A stretch of DNA of 46,501 nucleotides, from the NCBI GenBank assembly GCA_016214175.1, contig JACRPB010000126.1:1-46501 (forward strand). Reading direction: 5' to 3'. Shown in pieces: positions 1 through 8,652 of this stretch (the first letter of the stretch is position 1; every line of letters begins with the position of its first letter). Position numbers and translations under genes: made by a program. Under the pieces are notes generated by a model. That model did not search any database, was not told the DNA's origin, and saw only the letters and a list, made by a program, of their open reading frames with translations. The stretch comes from Rhodocyclales bacterium (lineage in GTDB: Bacteria > Pseudomonadota > Gammaproteobacteria > Burkholderiales > Rhodocyclaceae).

Positions 1-89
1 CCACCCGCGGCGGCATAGGTCCGTGCTTTGGAGGCGAAAAACCACGAGCGCGCACCGACGTCGAGAAAGGAGGGCATTTCGGTTTCACT

Positions 90-1191
90 TCACGCCACCC
101 AATGGTCGGCCGGATAGGACAGCAGTTCGACCAGCGGAATCCCGCCATCTCCGATCAGGAGCTTGCGGCAAGTGCCGAAGGCAGATTCAAAGGCGTCCAT
201 GCCGGCATGCGTTCCCTTGAACTTCGCGCTTTTCACCTCGATGGCCACCAGCCGATGATTTTTTTCGATCACGAAGTCCACTTCATGCGGGCTTTCGCGC
301 CAGTAGTAGAGCTTGCAGTCTTCGGATGCGGAATTGTGCAAATGGGCACCGACGGCGCTTTCGACCAGCCGCCCCCAGTAGCTGCGATCCGCCTTGGCAT
401 CGGCCTTCGAATAGCCGGTCGCTACCGACATGAGTGCCGTGTTCAGCACGTTGAACTTGGGTGGAGAGGCGCGTCGGCGATGTTGTCGTCCGGCAAATTT
501 CTGCAAGCCGACCAGCAGACCGGCGTTGCCGAGCACATGCAGGTAGTCGGCCAGGGTGACGGTGTTGCCGGCATCTTGAAGCTGGCCCAGCAACTTGTTG
601 AGGGCGAGAATTTGCCCCGAGTAGGCGCAACCCAGCTCGAACAACTCCTTGAGCAGGGCGGGCTTGGCAACGCGCGTCATCATCAGGATGTCGCGTTCGA
701 TATTCGGCTCGACCAGTGCCGCGCGTATGTAGTTGAGTCTCGGTCAGTCCGTGCTGCATCAGCAGCGGCGATGAACCGAGGAGAACGACGTGCATGTTGA
801 GTTCGGCGGCACGATCTTCCTCCCAAAGACCTTTGACGACCTCCGACCAGCGCGGAATCATCTGGATTTCGTCGATCGCCAGAACAAAGCCGCCCGGCGA
901 CAGTCGCGCTTCTTCACGCGCCAGACCCCATTGCGCGGCAAGCCATTGACCGGTGCGTGGCGCCGAAGGGTCGTCGATCAGTGCCACATCGCTGCTGAGG
1001 CGCAGACTGTCGCCGGTTCCAGATTGGTCGGCGGCAATGTAGCGGTAGGTGCTTTGATCGCGTAACTGCAAAATCGAGCGCACCAGAGTGGTCTTCCCGA
1101 CCTGCCGCGGGCCGGCAATGAAAATGATGCGACGGACCGTTTCCTGAAGCCGATTGGCGAGCTGGTTTGCCTGGTTGCGTTGATAGGCCAT
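90..1191 (-). pseudogene. Disrupted AAA+ ATPase of the DUF4143/COG1373 type (internal deletion plus frameshift)
   Basis: ORF 283..1191 carries Walker A 'GPRQVGKTT' and Walker B-like 'LAIDEIQ'. It reads sensibly up to '...GSSPLLMQHGLTE' (about nt 739) and then turns into Arg/Gly-rich nonsense. The C-terminal half ('LNYIRAALVEPNIERDILMMTRVAKPALLKELFELGCAYSGQIL...') continues in another frame (ORF 90..683), which has an upstream in-frame stop at 744..746. As I recall family members, they have roughly 45-50 more residues between these two blocks. Confidence 0.7.
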
Positions 1192-1237
1192 GTCAATTAC
1201 TATTGTGAGTAAATTTACTCACAATAGTAATTGACAT
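1190..1237. repeat. Perfect 48-bp palindrome (24-nt arms, no spacer), AT-rich, overlapping the ATPase start codon
   Basis: The arm atgtcaattactattgtgagtaaa (1190..1213) is the exact reverse complement of tttactcacaatagtaattgacat (1214..1237). Each arm has 6 G/C of 24 by hand count, in an otherwise GC-rich window. The palindrome contains TTGACA and TATTGT/TACTAT hexamers. The minus-strand ATG (1191..1189) lies inside the terminal TTGACAT. It sits 27 nt downstream of the dsbD stop. Confidence 0.95.
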
Positions 1238-1264
1238 ATTGAGCCTCTGCAACCCGTTATTAAA

Positions 1265-3055
1265 TCAGAGCTTTTCTGCCGACTTGAGGATGATCAGAAA
1301 CTGCCCGGCCTCCATGTAACCCACGACGCGCAGATTCTGGCGTTCGCGGCCCTCGGCGTCGAAGAAAATGATGCCCGGCGGGCCGAAAAGGCCGAAGCGC
1401 TTGAGTAGCGCCTTGTCCTCGTCCGAGTTGGCGGTGACGTCGGCCTGGAGCAGCGTCATCTGCCCCATGGTCTTCGCTACCTGGGGATCGGCGAAGGTGA
1501 AGCTTTCCATTTCCTTGCAGGACACGCACCAGTCGGCGTAAAAGTCGAGCATCACCGGCTGCTTGGCGCTGCGGAGGCGGGCGTCGAGTTCCGCCGTCGA
1601 CTTCACGCGCTCGAACGCCGGTTTGGCGGTTGCGGCCTCGCAGTTGGCGACGCTGCCGCCAAGGAAGCCGAGCGGTTGCAGCGGATTGCGCGCCCCTCCC
1701 AGCAGGCCGACCAGCATCGCCGAACCGGCCACCAGCAGGACCACACCGACGCCCTTCCAGAGCCGATGCCAGCCGGTGACGTGGGCCGGCAGCGAATCGA
1801 GCGCGTGCAGGTAGATGGCCGGAACGATCAAGAGCGCGGCCCAGCCCAGCATCTGCGCCCAGGCCGGAATCACCGGCGAAACCATCCAGAGCGCGGTGGC
1901 GAGCATGACGACGCCGAAGAATTTCTTCACCGCCTCCATCCACGGCCCGGCCTTGGGCAGCAGCGAACGCGAGAAGACGCCGACCACCAGCAGCGGCACG
2001 CCCATGCCCAGCGCCATGGCGAACAGCGCGGCGCCGCCGAGCGCGGCGTCGCCGGTCTGGGCGATATAGATCAGGGCGCCGGCCAGCGGCGCGGCGACGC
2101 AGGGGCCGACGATCAGGGCCGACAGCGCGCCCATGGCGGCGATTGCCGGCAGCGAGCCGCCCTGGCGGTTGGCGGTTTCGGACAGGCGGCTTTGCAGCGC
2201 CGTCGGCAGTTGCAGTTCGTAGAAGCCGAACATCGAGAACGAGAGCACGACGAAAATCAGCGCGAAGCCGCCGAGCACCCAGGCGTTCTGCAAGGCGTTC
2301 GACAGCAGCGTGCCCGAGAATCCCGCGGCGACGCCTACTGCGGCATAGGTGATGGCCATGCCCAGAACATAGGCTAGCGACAGCATGAAGGCGCGGGCGT
2401 GGGTGACGGCGTGGCCGTGGTTGACGATGATGCCGGAGAGGATGGGCACCATCGGAAAGACGCAGGGCGTGAAAGAGAGCAGCAGGCCGAAACCGAAGAA
2501 GCTCGCCAGCACCAGCCAGAAACTGCCTTGCTTGAAGATGTTGGCGATGCGCGAGGTTTCGCTGCCGTCGCCGCCGGCAGCGGTTGAGACGGCGGCCGGG
2601 CTGGCCGGCGGCGCTGCCACAGCGGTACCGCTGCCGCCCGCCAGTTTGATGGCCGCTTGCTGGGCCAGCGGCGGATAGCAGACGCCCTCGTCCCAGCAGC
2701 CCTGGGACTGGGCCTTCAAGGTCATGCCGTCGACCTGGCCGGCGACGACCGGGATCTTGACGGTCAGGACGCCGCGGAAGGTTTCGATGCGGCCGAAGAA
2801 TTCATCGTCTTTGATCTTGCCGGCCGGCAGCGCCGGCGCACCGAGCGTTACCGAGGCCGGCTCCGCCGTGAACTTGATCTTGTCGCGATACATGTAATAG
2901 CCGTCGCGGATGTCCCAGCGCGCTTCGAGGGTCTGGGCGTCGAGGGCGCGGGCCGAGAACACGTAGGCCTTTTCGGGCTCCAGCGGCTCGCCGGCCGCTT
3001 GGCCGAGGACATGGATCAGGCAGAGCAGGATGAAAACGGCAAGGCGCGTCAGCAT
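1265..3055 (-). CDS. dsbD: Thiol:disulfide interchange protein DsbD (protein-disulfide reductase)
   Basis: 596-aa ORF with a signal peptide and a periplasmic N-domain. The multi-TM core has 'FTPCVFPMVPILSG' and 'VGPCVAAPL'. The C-terminal thioredoxin fold has CxxC in 'YADWCVSCKEME'. Confidence 0.93.
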   Translation of the reverse strand: MLTRLAVFILLCLIHVLGQAAGEPLEPEKAYVFSARALDAQTLEARWDIRDGYYMYRDKIKFTAEPASVTLGAPALPAGKIKDDEFFGRIETFRGVLTVKIPVVAGQVDGMTLKAQSQGCWDEGVCYPPLAQQAAIKLAGGSGTAVAAPPASPAAVSTAAGGDGSETSRIANIFKQGSFWLVLASFFGFGLLLSFTPCVFPMVPILSGIIVNHGHAVTHARAFMLSLAYVLGMAITYAAVGVAAGFSGTLLSNALQNAWVLGGFALIFVVLSFSMFGFYELQLPTALQSRLSETANRQGGSLPAIAAMGALSALIVGPCVAAPLAGALIYIAQTGDAALGGAALFAMALGMGVPLLVVGVFSRSLLPKAGPWMEAVKKFFGVVMLATALWMVSPVIPAWAQMLGWAALLIVPAIYLHALDSLPAHVTGWHRLWKGVGVVLLVAGSAMLVGLLGGARNPLQPLGFLGGSVANCEAATAKPAFERVKSTAELDARLRSAKQPVMLDFYADWCVSCKEMESFTFADPQVAKTMGQMTLLQADVTANSDEDKALLKRFGLFGPPGIIFFDAEGRERQNLRVVGYMEAGQFLIILKSAEKL

Positions 3056-3384
3056 GTGGCGGTATCGTCCGGTGAGGTTTCGGCGGCGACCCAGGCCAGG
3101 TATTCCGGCAGGCCGCCCGCGAGGGGGACAGCGACAATCTCTGGAAGTTCATAGGGATGTTCCGCCCGGAGCGCGGCTTCCAGGGCCGCATAACGCGCGG
3201 CGCTGGTCTTGATCAGCAGCGGCACTTCCGTTGCGTCTTCGATCCTGCCTTGCCAGCGATAGACCGAGCGGCAGGGCGCCAGGATGTTCACGCAGGCCGC
3301 CAGCCGCCGCTCGACCAGCCGTTCGGCCAGGGCGCGGGCCGTCTCGGCGTCGGGCAGAGTAGTGAGGACGAGCAGGGTTTCCAT
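3049..3384 (-). CDS. cutA: Divalent-cation tolerance protein CutA
   Basis: 111 aa with CutA1-like 'LAACVNILAPCRSVYRWQGRIEDATEVPLLIKT'. Its stop overlaps the dsbD start by 7 nt, which matches the classical cutA-dsbD(dipZ) pairing. Confidence 0.88.
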   Translation of the reverse strand: METLLVLTTLPDAETARALAERLVERRLAACVNILAPCRSVYRWQGRIEDATEVPLLIKTSAARYAALEAALRAEHPYELPEIVAVPLAGGLPEYLAWVAAETSPDDTATC

Positions 3385-3404
3385 TCGGCGATTCTACTTT
3401 CAAC

Positions 3405-3425
3405 AGCTTAATCGGGTATTAAGCT
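3405..3425. promoter_or_regulatory. 8-bp inverted repeat (agcttaat-N5-attaagct) in the divergent cutA / coiled-coil gene intergenic region; possible operator
   Basis: agcttaat (3405..3412) and attaagct (3418..3425) are exact reverse complements. The site is AT-rich and lies 21 nt upstream of the cutA start. A TAGAAT hexamer (3516..3521) lies further right, ahead of the plus-strand gene. Confidence 0.3.
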
Positions 3426-3550
3426 TGGGCAGCAGACCGCATGGTAAGTCGGGACGCGCGGGAGATGGCGTATTTTCAGGCCTTTATCGGCTGATCGTGC
3501 GCGCCCGGCGTTACCTAGAATCGAGGCGGGAAAATCCGAAGGAGACCGGC

Positions 3551-4291
3551 TTGGCCGCCACTGGAAAACTGTCGATGCAGGGCCAGGATGCCCTCGACGC
3601 GACGCACCGCCGCATCGAGACCGAAGCCAATTTGCGCAAGCAGGCCTTGCTGCGCGCCGATGCGGATGTCGAAATCGAGCGTCTGGCGCGGGAACGCCTC
3701 GACGCCGCGCGCCAGGCTGTCGAACAGCACCGCCTGCTGGAGCTGGCGGAAAACGAAGCCGCGTCGCTGGCAAAAATACGCGCCAATACCGAGCGCGGTC
3801 TGGCCGTCCAGGAGCAGGCGCGCGCGGCCGCCGAGCGCGCGCGCGAAACCGCCGCGATTCTGCGCACCCAGCAGGAGAACGAAGCGGCGCAGCAAGCGCG
3901 CATACACGAAACCGCTGCCCATGAGGCGCGGCAAGCGGCAGCGGCGCGGGAAGCCGCCGAGCGCGAGGCCGAAGCCGCCGCGCTGGCCAGCCGTGACGCC
4001 GCCGCCAGACTGGCCGAAGAACGCCGGGTGCGCCGCCAGGCGGAACTCGATGCCGCCAAGGCCAGACGCTCGCGGCTGCTGGCGCAACTGGCGTCGGCCT
4101 GGGCGGCGATACGCTATGCCTCGCCGCTCGCGGCCGGCGCAACGGCGCTCGCTGCCGGCATCGCCGTCGGCTTGTGGCTGGCTTGGTCCGGACCGAGCGC
4201 GCCGTCGTCCGCCGCTCCGTATGCGATCGATGCGGCCGGCGTCGAAGTCCGCCTGCAACTCGATCGCGCCGTGCAGACGCCCGGCCGCTGA
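3551..4291 (+). CDS. Ala/Glu/Arg-rich coiled-coil protein with a C-terminal transmembrane anchor (hypothetical)
   Basis: The frame is open from 3284, but that part overlaps cutA. A TTG at 3551 follows a strong RBS AAGGAGA (3537..3543), and an alternative ATG is at 3575. Third codon positions are GC-rich. The body consists of long heptad-like 'AAREAAEREAEAAALASRDAAARLAEERR' repeats. The C-terminus has the hydrophobic 'LAAGATALAAGIAVGLWLAW'. Confidence 0.55.
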   Translation: MAATGKLSMQGQDALDATHRRIETEANLRKQALLRADADVEIERLARERLDAARQAVEQHRLLELAENEAASLAKIRANTERGLAVQEQARAAAERARETAAILRTQQENEAAQQARIHETAAHEARQAAAAREAAEREAEAAALASRDAAARLAEERRVRRQAELDAAKARRSRLLAQLASAWAAIRYASPLAAGATALAAGIAVGLWLAWSGPSAPSSAAPYAIDAAGVEVRLQLDRAVQTPGR

Positions 4292-4313
4292 AGCGCCGCC
4301 GACGCCCACGTCC

Positions 4314-4952
4314 ATGGACGCCCTCCTGACCCTGCCGCAGTTCGCCGGCTTCATCGCCGCCGCCGTGCTGGTGACGCTGGCCCCCGGCCCGGACAACCTG
4401 ATGGTATTGAGTCTCGGCATGGCGCGCGGGCCGCGGCCGGGCGTCGCCTTCGGGCTCGGCTGCGCACTCGGCTGCCTCAACCACACGGTGCTCGCCGCGC
4501 TCGGCGTCAGTGCGCTGATCGCCGCCTCGCCGGTGGCATTCACGAGCCTGAAGCTCCTCGGCGGCCTCTACCTGGTCTGGCTCGGCGTGCAGGCCATCCG
4601 CCATGCCCGTGCCCTGGGGGCGCCGGCGGGCGGAGCGGCAACGGGCGAGAGCGCCGGCAAGCTGTTCGTCAAAGGCTTGTTCGCCAACGCCGTCAATCCC
4701 AAGGTGATCCTGTTCTTCCTCGCCTTTCTGCCGCAGTTCGTCGATGCCGGACGCGGCCATGCCGGCTGGCAGATCGTGCAGCTCGGCGTTCTGTTCACCC
4801 TGCAGGCGGCGCTGATCTTCGCCGCCATCGGCGCCTGCGCCGGCCATCTCGGCGCCGGCCTCGCCCGCAGGCCGGCCATGGGCGCCTGGCTGGACCGCAT
4901 CGCCGGCGGCGTATTCGTGCTGTTGGGGGCGAAGCTGCTGATCGGTCGTTGA
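4314..4952 (+). CDS. LysE/RhtB-family amino-acid exporter
   Basis: 212 aa starting 'MDALLTLPQFAGFIAAAVLVTLAPGPDNL...' (LysE-type N-terminal signature). It is multi-TM and has 'NPKVILFFLAFLPQF'. Confidence 0.85.
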   Translation: MDALLTLPQFAGFIAAAVLVTLAPGPDNLMVLSLGMARGPRPGVAFGLGCALGCLNHTVLAALGVSALIAASPVAFTSLKLLGGLYLVWLGVQAIRHARALGAPAGGAATGESAGKLFVKGLFANAVNPKVILFFLAFLPQFVDAGRGHAGWQIVQLGVLFTLQAALIFAAIGACAGHLGAGLARRPAMGAWLDRIAGGVFVLLGAKLLIGR

Positions 4953-5068
4953 GTCGCCGTCGGTGTAGGAGTTTTCCTATAGGCGGCGGGGCCAGCGTGC
5001 TATGCTGCCCGCAAAAGGGGCGCCGTCAGAGCCTCCGATTGTCCTCACCAGAGCGAGCATCGACGAGC

Positions 5069-7888
5069 ATGACGGGCGAGATAGCGATCTACCTGCAGGC
5101 GCATTTGGGAGAAGTTCAGGTCTTCAGCAGCCTGGCCTTCCTGTTCCTCGGTACGGTCATTCTCATGCAGCCGCGCGACGACGGCTATGCCTTCGAGGAG
5201 GCGCTGCCGCTGCTGGCCTGGTCCGCGATTGCCGCGGGGACTCAGGAATTGATCGGAGCCACCGGCCTCGTCGCGGGAGCGCCGCCTTTCGCCGTCTGGG
5301 CGCACGCCAGCCTGCTGCTGATTTCCTCTCTTCTTCTGGTCGAGTTCGGGCGCCGCCTGTGGCGCAGCCTCGACGATCGCGTTTCGCGCCGGCTCGCGCC
5401 CTGGCTGCATCCGGCCGCCTACACCGTGCCGGCGCTGGGCGTCGTCGGGCTCGTGCTGGCCGCCGCGGAACCTGTGGTCGGCTTCGTCGCCGGCGTCCGT
5501 TATTTCTTCGTCCTGACCGGCGCTCTGCTGACCGGCTGCGGCTTCGTTTTCCTGCATCGGCATCTGTCGATCGGCGAAGGCATGCGTCTGTGCCCGGTGC
5601 GCTTCATGCCATTCGCGGCGCTGGGCTTCCTGGCCTATGCCCTGCTTGGCGGCCTCGTCGTCGAGGGCGACCCGGTCTTGCCGGCATGGCTGCCGACCCA
5701 GGCCGGCTATCTGCGCAGCACGGGAATTCCGGTGGAAGTTTTCCGCGCGCTGTGCGCCTTGTTCATGGCTGTCGGCGTCGGCGCCCTGCTGCGCGCCATC
5801 AATCTCGAAACGCGCAAGCGCGAGCGCGCGACGGAGCAGGCGTTGCGCGTCAGCGAGGAGTCCTTCCGCGGCGTCTTCGAATCGGCCAACGTCGGCATCG
5901 CACTCGCCGACGCCGAAGGTACCCTGCTCGGGAGTAACGCCGCCTATCAGGATCTGACCGGATACTCGGCGGCGGAATTGCAGGGCGTCCATTTCGGCCA
6001 ATTGATTCACCCCGACGACCGGGCGCGCATCGTCGCCCTGAACGGGGAACTGAGCTCCGGCCGGCGGCAGCACATCCGCACCGACAAGCGCCTGCTGCGC
6101 AAGGACGGCGGCATCGCCTGGCTCGACATGTCGGTGGTCGCCGTGCGCGACAGCGCCGCCATGCGCTACGTCGCCGTGTTTTCCGACGTCACCGAACACA
6201 AGCAGGCGGAAAACCGCCTGCGCCTGCTGGCCAGCGTCTTCGAGCACAGCGGCGAGGCCATCCTCATCACCGATCCGGACAACCGCATCATCACCGTCAA
6301 CGACGCCTTCACTCGCCTGACCGGCTATGCGCAGGATGAGGCGGTCGGGCGCAATCCCAAGCTGCTGGCCGCGGGACGCACGACGGCCGAGGAATACCAG
6401 GCCATGTGGCGGGCGCTGGCCCAGGACGGCTACTGGGAAGGCGAGATCTGGGACCGGCGCAAGGACGGCAGCCAGTACCCGAAGTGGCTGGCGATCTCGG
6501 TAGTGCGCGGCGAGAGCGGCGAGGTGCTCAACTACATCGGCCGCTTCAACGACATCACGGCGCAAAAGCGCGCCGAGGAACAGATCCGGCGCCTCGCCCA
6601 CCACGATCCGCTTACCGGCCTGCCCAACCGCTTCACCCTGCGCGGACGCCTCGAACAGGCGCTCGCCGCGGCGCGGCGCGACAAGCGCAAGGTGGCGATC
6701 ATGTTCATCGACCTCGACCGCTTCAAGGCCATCAACGATACCTACGGCCATCAGGTCGGCGATGAGCTGCTGATGGAGGTGGCGCAGCGTCTGCAAGCCT
6801 GCGTGCGCGAATCGGACGTCGTGGCGCGCCTCGGCGGCGACGAGTTCGTGGTCGTCGTCACCGGGGTCGAATCCGGCATTGCGGTGGCGAACGTCGGCGA
6901 AAAGATCCTCGCCGAACTCAGTCGTCCGTACTCGCTCGCGGGACGCGACCTGAGCACGACGCCGAGCGTCGGCATCGCCATCTTCCCCGACGATGGCGAC
7001 AACGCCGAACGCCTGATGCAGAACGCCGACACGGCCATGTACAACGCCAAGGCCAACGGCCGCAACAATTGTCGCTACTTCACCGTCGACATGAACGTCG
7101 TCGCCGACGAGCGCCAGCGCCTGGAACAGGACATGACCCTTGCCCTCGAGCGCGGCGAGTTCGAGCTCATCTACCAGCCCCAGATCGACGCCGCCTCGGG
7201 CCAGATTCGCACCGTCGAGGCGCTGCTGCGCTGGAACCATCCGCAACTGGGCTTGCTGTCGCCGGGGAAATTCCTGGCGATCGCCGAAAAGAGCGGCTTC
7301 ATCATCCCGCTCGGCGAATGGGTGCTCGACAAGGCTTGCTGCCAGTTGCGCGAATGGCGCGACGCCGGCTTGCGCGTCCCCTCCGTGGCCATCAATTTTT
7401 CGGCGAACCAGTTGCGCGACCATGCCCTGATCGACGGCGTGCTTCAGACCCTGGTGCGCCATGGCCTGAGCGGCAAGGACCTGGAACTCGAGTTGTGCGA
7501 GGCGGCGGCGATGCAGGATCCGGAAGCGACCGTCAATGTGCTGCATGCCTTGCGCGACCTCGGCATCGCGCTGGTGATCGACGATTTCGGCACCGGCTAT
7601 TCGTCGCTGCGTTATCTCAAGATGCTGCCGGTGCAGCGCATCAAGCTCGACCGCAGCTTCATCCGCGACGTCGACATCGACCGCAACGACGCCGCCATCT
7701 GCGCGGCGACGGTGGCCATGGCCAACAGCCTGGGCCTCGGGCTGGCGGCGCACGGCGTGGAAAAGGAAGCCGAGCGCGTACTGCTGAACAGCTTCGGCTA
7801 CAACCAGTTCCAGGGCTATCTCTACTGCGAGCCGATGTCCGCCGCCGATGCGTGCGCCTTCATGCGCGGCGCGCAGAATCCTACTTGA
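5069..7888 (+). CDS. Membrane-bound PAS-PAS-GGDEF-EAL signalling protein (diguanylate cyclase/phosphodiesterase)
   Basis: ATG at 5069. The N-terminal ~270 aa are multi-TM. Two PAS-like blocks follow ('FRGVFESANVGIALAD...', 'LASVFEHSGEAILITD...'). The cyclase motif is intact in 'RLGGDEFVVVV', and the EAL motifs 'VEALLRW' and 'DDFGTGYSSL' are intact. Confidence 0.9.
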   Translation: MTGEIAIYLQAHLGEVQVFSSLAFLFLGTVILMQPRDDGYAFEEALPLLAWSAIAAGTQELIGATGLVAGAPPFAVWAHASLLLISSLLLVEFGRRLWRSLDDRVSRRLAPWLHPAAYTVPALGVVGLVLAAAEPVVGFVAGVRYFFVLTGALLTGCGFVFLHRHLSIGEGMRLCPVRFMPFAALGFLAYALLGGLVVEGDPVLPAWLPTQAGYLRSTGIPVEVFRALCALFMAVGVGALLRAINLETRKRERATEQALRVSEESFRGVFESANVGIALADAEGTLLGSNAAYQDLTGYSAAELQGVHFGQLIHPDDRARIVALNGELSSGRRQHIRTDKRLLRKDGGIAWLDMSVVAVRDSAAMRYVAVFSDVTEHKQAENRLRLLASVFEHSGEAILITDPDNRIITVNDAFTRLTGYAQDEAVGRNPKLLAAGRTTAEEYQAMWRALAQDGYWEGEIWDRRKDGSQYPKWLAISVVRGESGEVLNYIGRFNDITAQKRAEEQIRRLAHHDPLTGLPNRFTLRGRLEQALAAARRDKRKVAIMFIDLDRFKAINDTYGHQVGDELLMEVAQRLQACVRESDVVARLGGDEFVVVVTGVESGIAVANVGEKILAELSRPYSLAGRDLSTTPSVGIAIFPDDGDNAERLMQNADTAMYNAKANGRNNCRYFTVDMNVVADERQRLEQDMTLALERGEFELIYQPQIDAASGQIRTVEALLRWNHPQLGLLSPGKFLAIAEKSGFIIPLGEWVLDKACCQLREWRDAGLRVPSVAINFSANQLRDHALIDGVLQTLVRHGLSGKDLELELCEAAAMQDPEATVNVLHALRDLGIALVIDDFGTGYSSLRYLKMLPVQRIKLDRSFIRDVDIDRNDAAICAATVAMANSLGLGLAAHGVEKEAERVLLNSFGYNQFQGYLYCEPMSAADACAFMRGAQNPT

Positions 7889-8426
7889 GCCGCAGCGGCA
7901 ATCCCGCCGCCACCAGGGTGACGCTGCCGCAGATCGCCGCCACGCGCTGATTGAGGCGGCCCTGTTCGTCGGCGAACAGCCGCGATACCGGATGCATGGG
8001 CACGATGCCGCAACCGACTTCGTTGCTGACGAGGATGACCCGCCCCGGCAGTGCCGGCAGCGTCGCCAGCAGCCCCTCGGTTTCGCCCGCCAGCAACTCG
8101 CAGGCGATCGCTTCCCCCGCCTCGGCCTGCGCCGCGGCGCGGCCGGACAGGAACAGGTTGGTGAGCCACAGCGTCAGGCAATCGACGATCAGGCAGGCAT
8201 CCGCCGCCGCGTGTTCGCGCAGGGCCGCCGCGAGGCGGACCGGCACTTCGGCGGTGGCCCAGACCGCCGGCCGGCGCGCCTGGTGATGGGCGACGCGCCG
8301 CGCCATTTCGGCGTCTTCGGCATGGGCGGTGGCGATGTAGGTGACCTTGAGGCCGCTTTCGAGCGCCCGCGTTTCCGCCAGCACGCTCTTGCCCGAGCGG
8401 GCGCCGCCGAGGATGAATTCGATCAT
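7881..8426 (-). CDS. cobU: Bifunctional adenosylcobinamide kinase / adenosylcobinamide-phosphate guanylyltransferase
   Basis: 181 aa with P-loop 'ILGGARSGKS' and typical CobU/CobP size. Its 3' end overlaps the convergent GGDEF-EAL gene by 8 nt. Confidence 0.88.
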   Translation of the reverse strand: MIEFILGGARSGKSVLAETRALESGLKVTYIATAHAEDAEMARRVAHHQARRPAVWATAEVPVRLAAALREHAAADACLIVDCLTLWLTNLFLSGRAAAQAEAGEAIACELLAGETEGLLATLPALPGRVILVSNEVGCGIVPMHPVSRLFADEQGRLNQRVAAICGSVTLVAAGLPLRLK

Positions 8427-8454
8427 GCGGCGAGGTTAGCACAGCGCCGGCCGC

Positions 8455-8460
8455 TATAAT
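8455..8460 (+). promoter_or_regulatory. Consensus -10 hexamer TATAAT just upstream of the riboswitch
   Basis: TATAAT at 8455..8460 would place a transcription start a few nt before the riboswitch. No -35 element at correct spacing was found (TTAGCA at 8436..8441 is only 13 nt away). Confidence 0.35.
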
Positions 8461-8461
8461 C

Positions 8462-8640
8462 CGCCCCGATCCGGTCAAGGGAATGCCGTGCAAATCGGCA
8501 GCGGGCCCGCCGCTGTAAACGGGGACGGATGTCGCCAGTCGCAAGACGGCCACTGCGGGGGACCACCCCTGCGGGAAGGCGCGGCAGTCCGGTCGATCCG
8601 TAAGCCAGAAGACCTGCCGGGTACTTTCTCGTGATGCCTG
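8462..8640 (+). promoter_or_regulatory. Cobalamin (B12) riboswitch aptamer
   Basis: The conserved core reads 'ggtcaagggaatgccgtgcaaatcggcagcgggcccgccgctgt', then 'ggccactg...gggaaggc', then the B12 box 'agccagaagacctgccgg' (8604..8621). It sits directly upstream of cobT. Confidence 0.88.
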
Positions 8641-8652
8641 TGGCAGAGGCGT

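Noticed and set aside
3284-3550. N-terminal extension of the coiled-coil ORF back to 3284
   Set aside because: The extension overlaps the cutA coding region and the promoter region. An internal TTG at 3551 with a strong RBS, or the ATG at 3575, is a more plausible start.
3408-4847. 479-aa and 342-aa minus-strand ORFs across the coiled-coil and LysE genes
   Set aside because: These are Arg/Pro/Gly-rich nonsense lying opposite genes that have clear family signatures or a good RBS, so they are shadow ORFs.
4949-5068. TTG-initiated 40-aa extension of the GGDEF-EAL ORF
   Set aside because: The extension overlaps the LysE stop, is Arg/Cys-rich and has no RBS. The ATG at 5069 starts directly into the first hydrophobic helix.
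5045-7753. 902-aa ORF antisense to the GGDEF-EAL gene
   Set aside because: Its composition is Arg/Ala/Gly/Asp-rich with no recognisable motifs. It exactly shadows a well-supported sense gene. Long antisense open frames of this kind are expected in very GC-rich DNA.
8436-8441. TTAGCA as the -35 element for the riboswitch promoter
   Set aside because: It is only 13 nt from the TATAAT hexamer, which is too short for a sigma-70 promoter.
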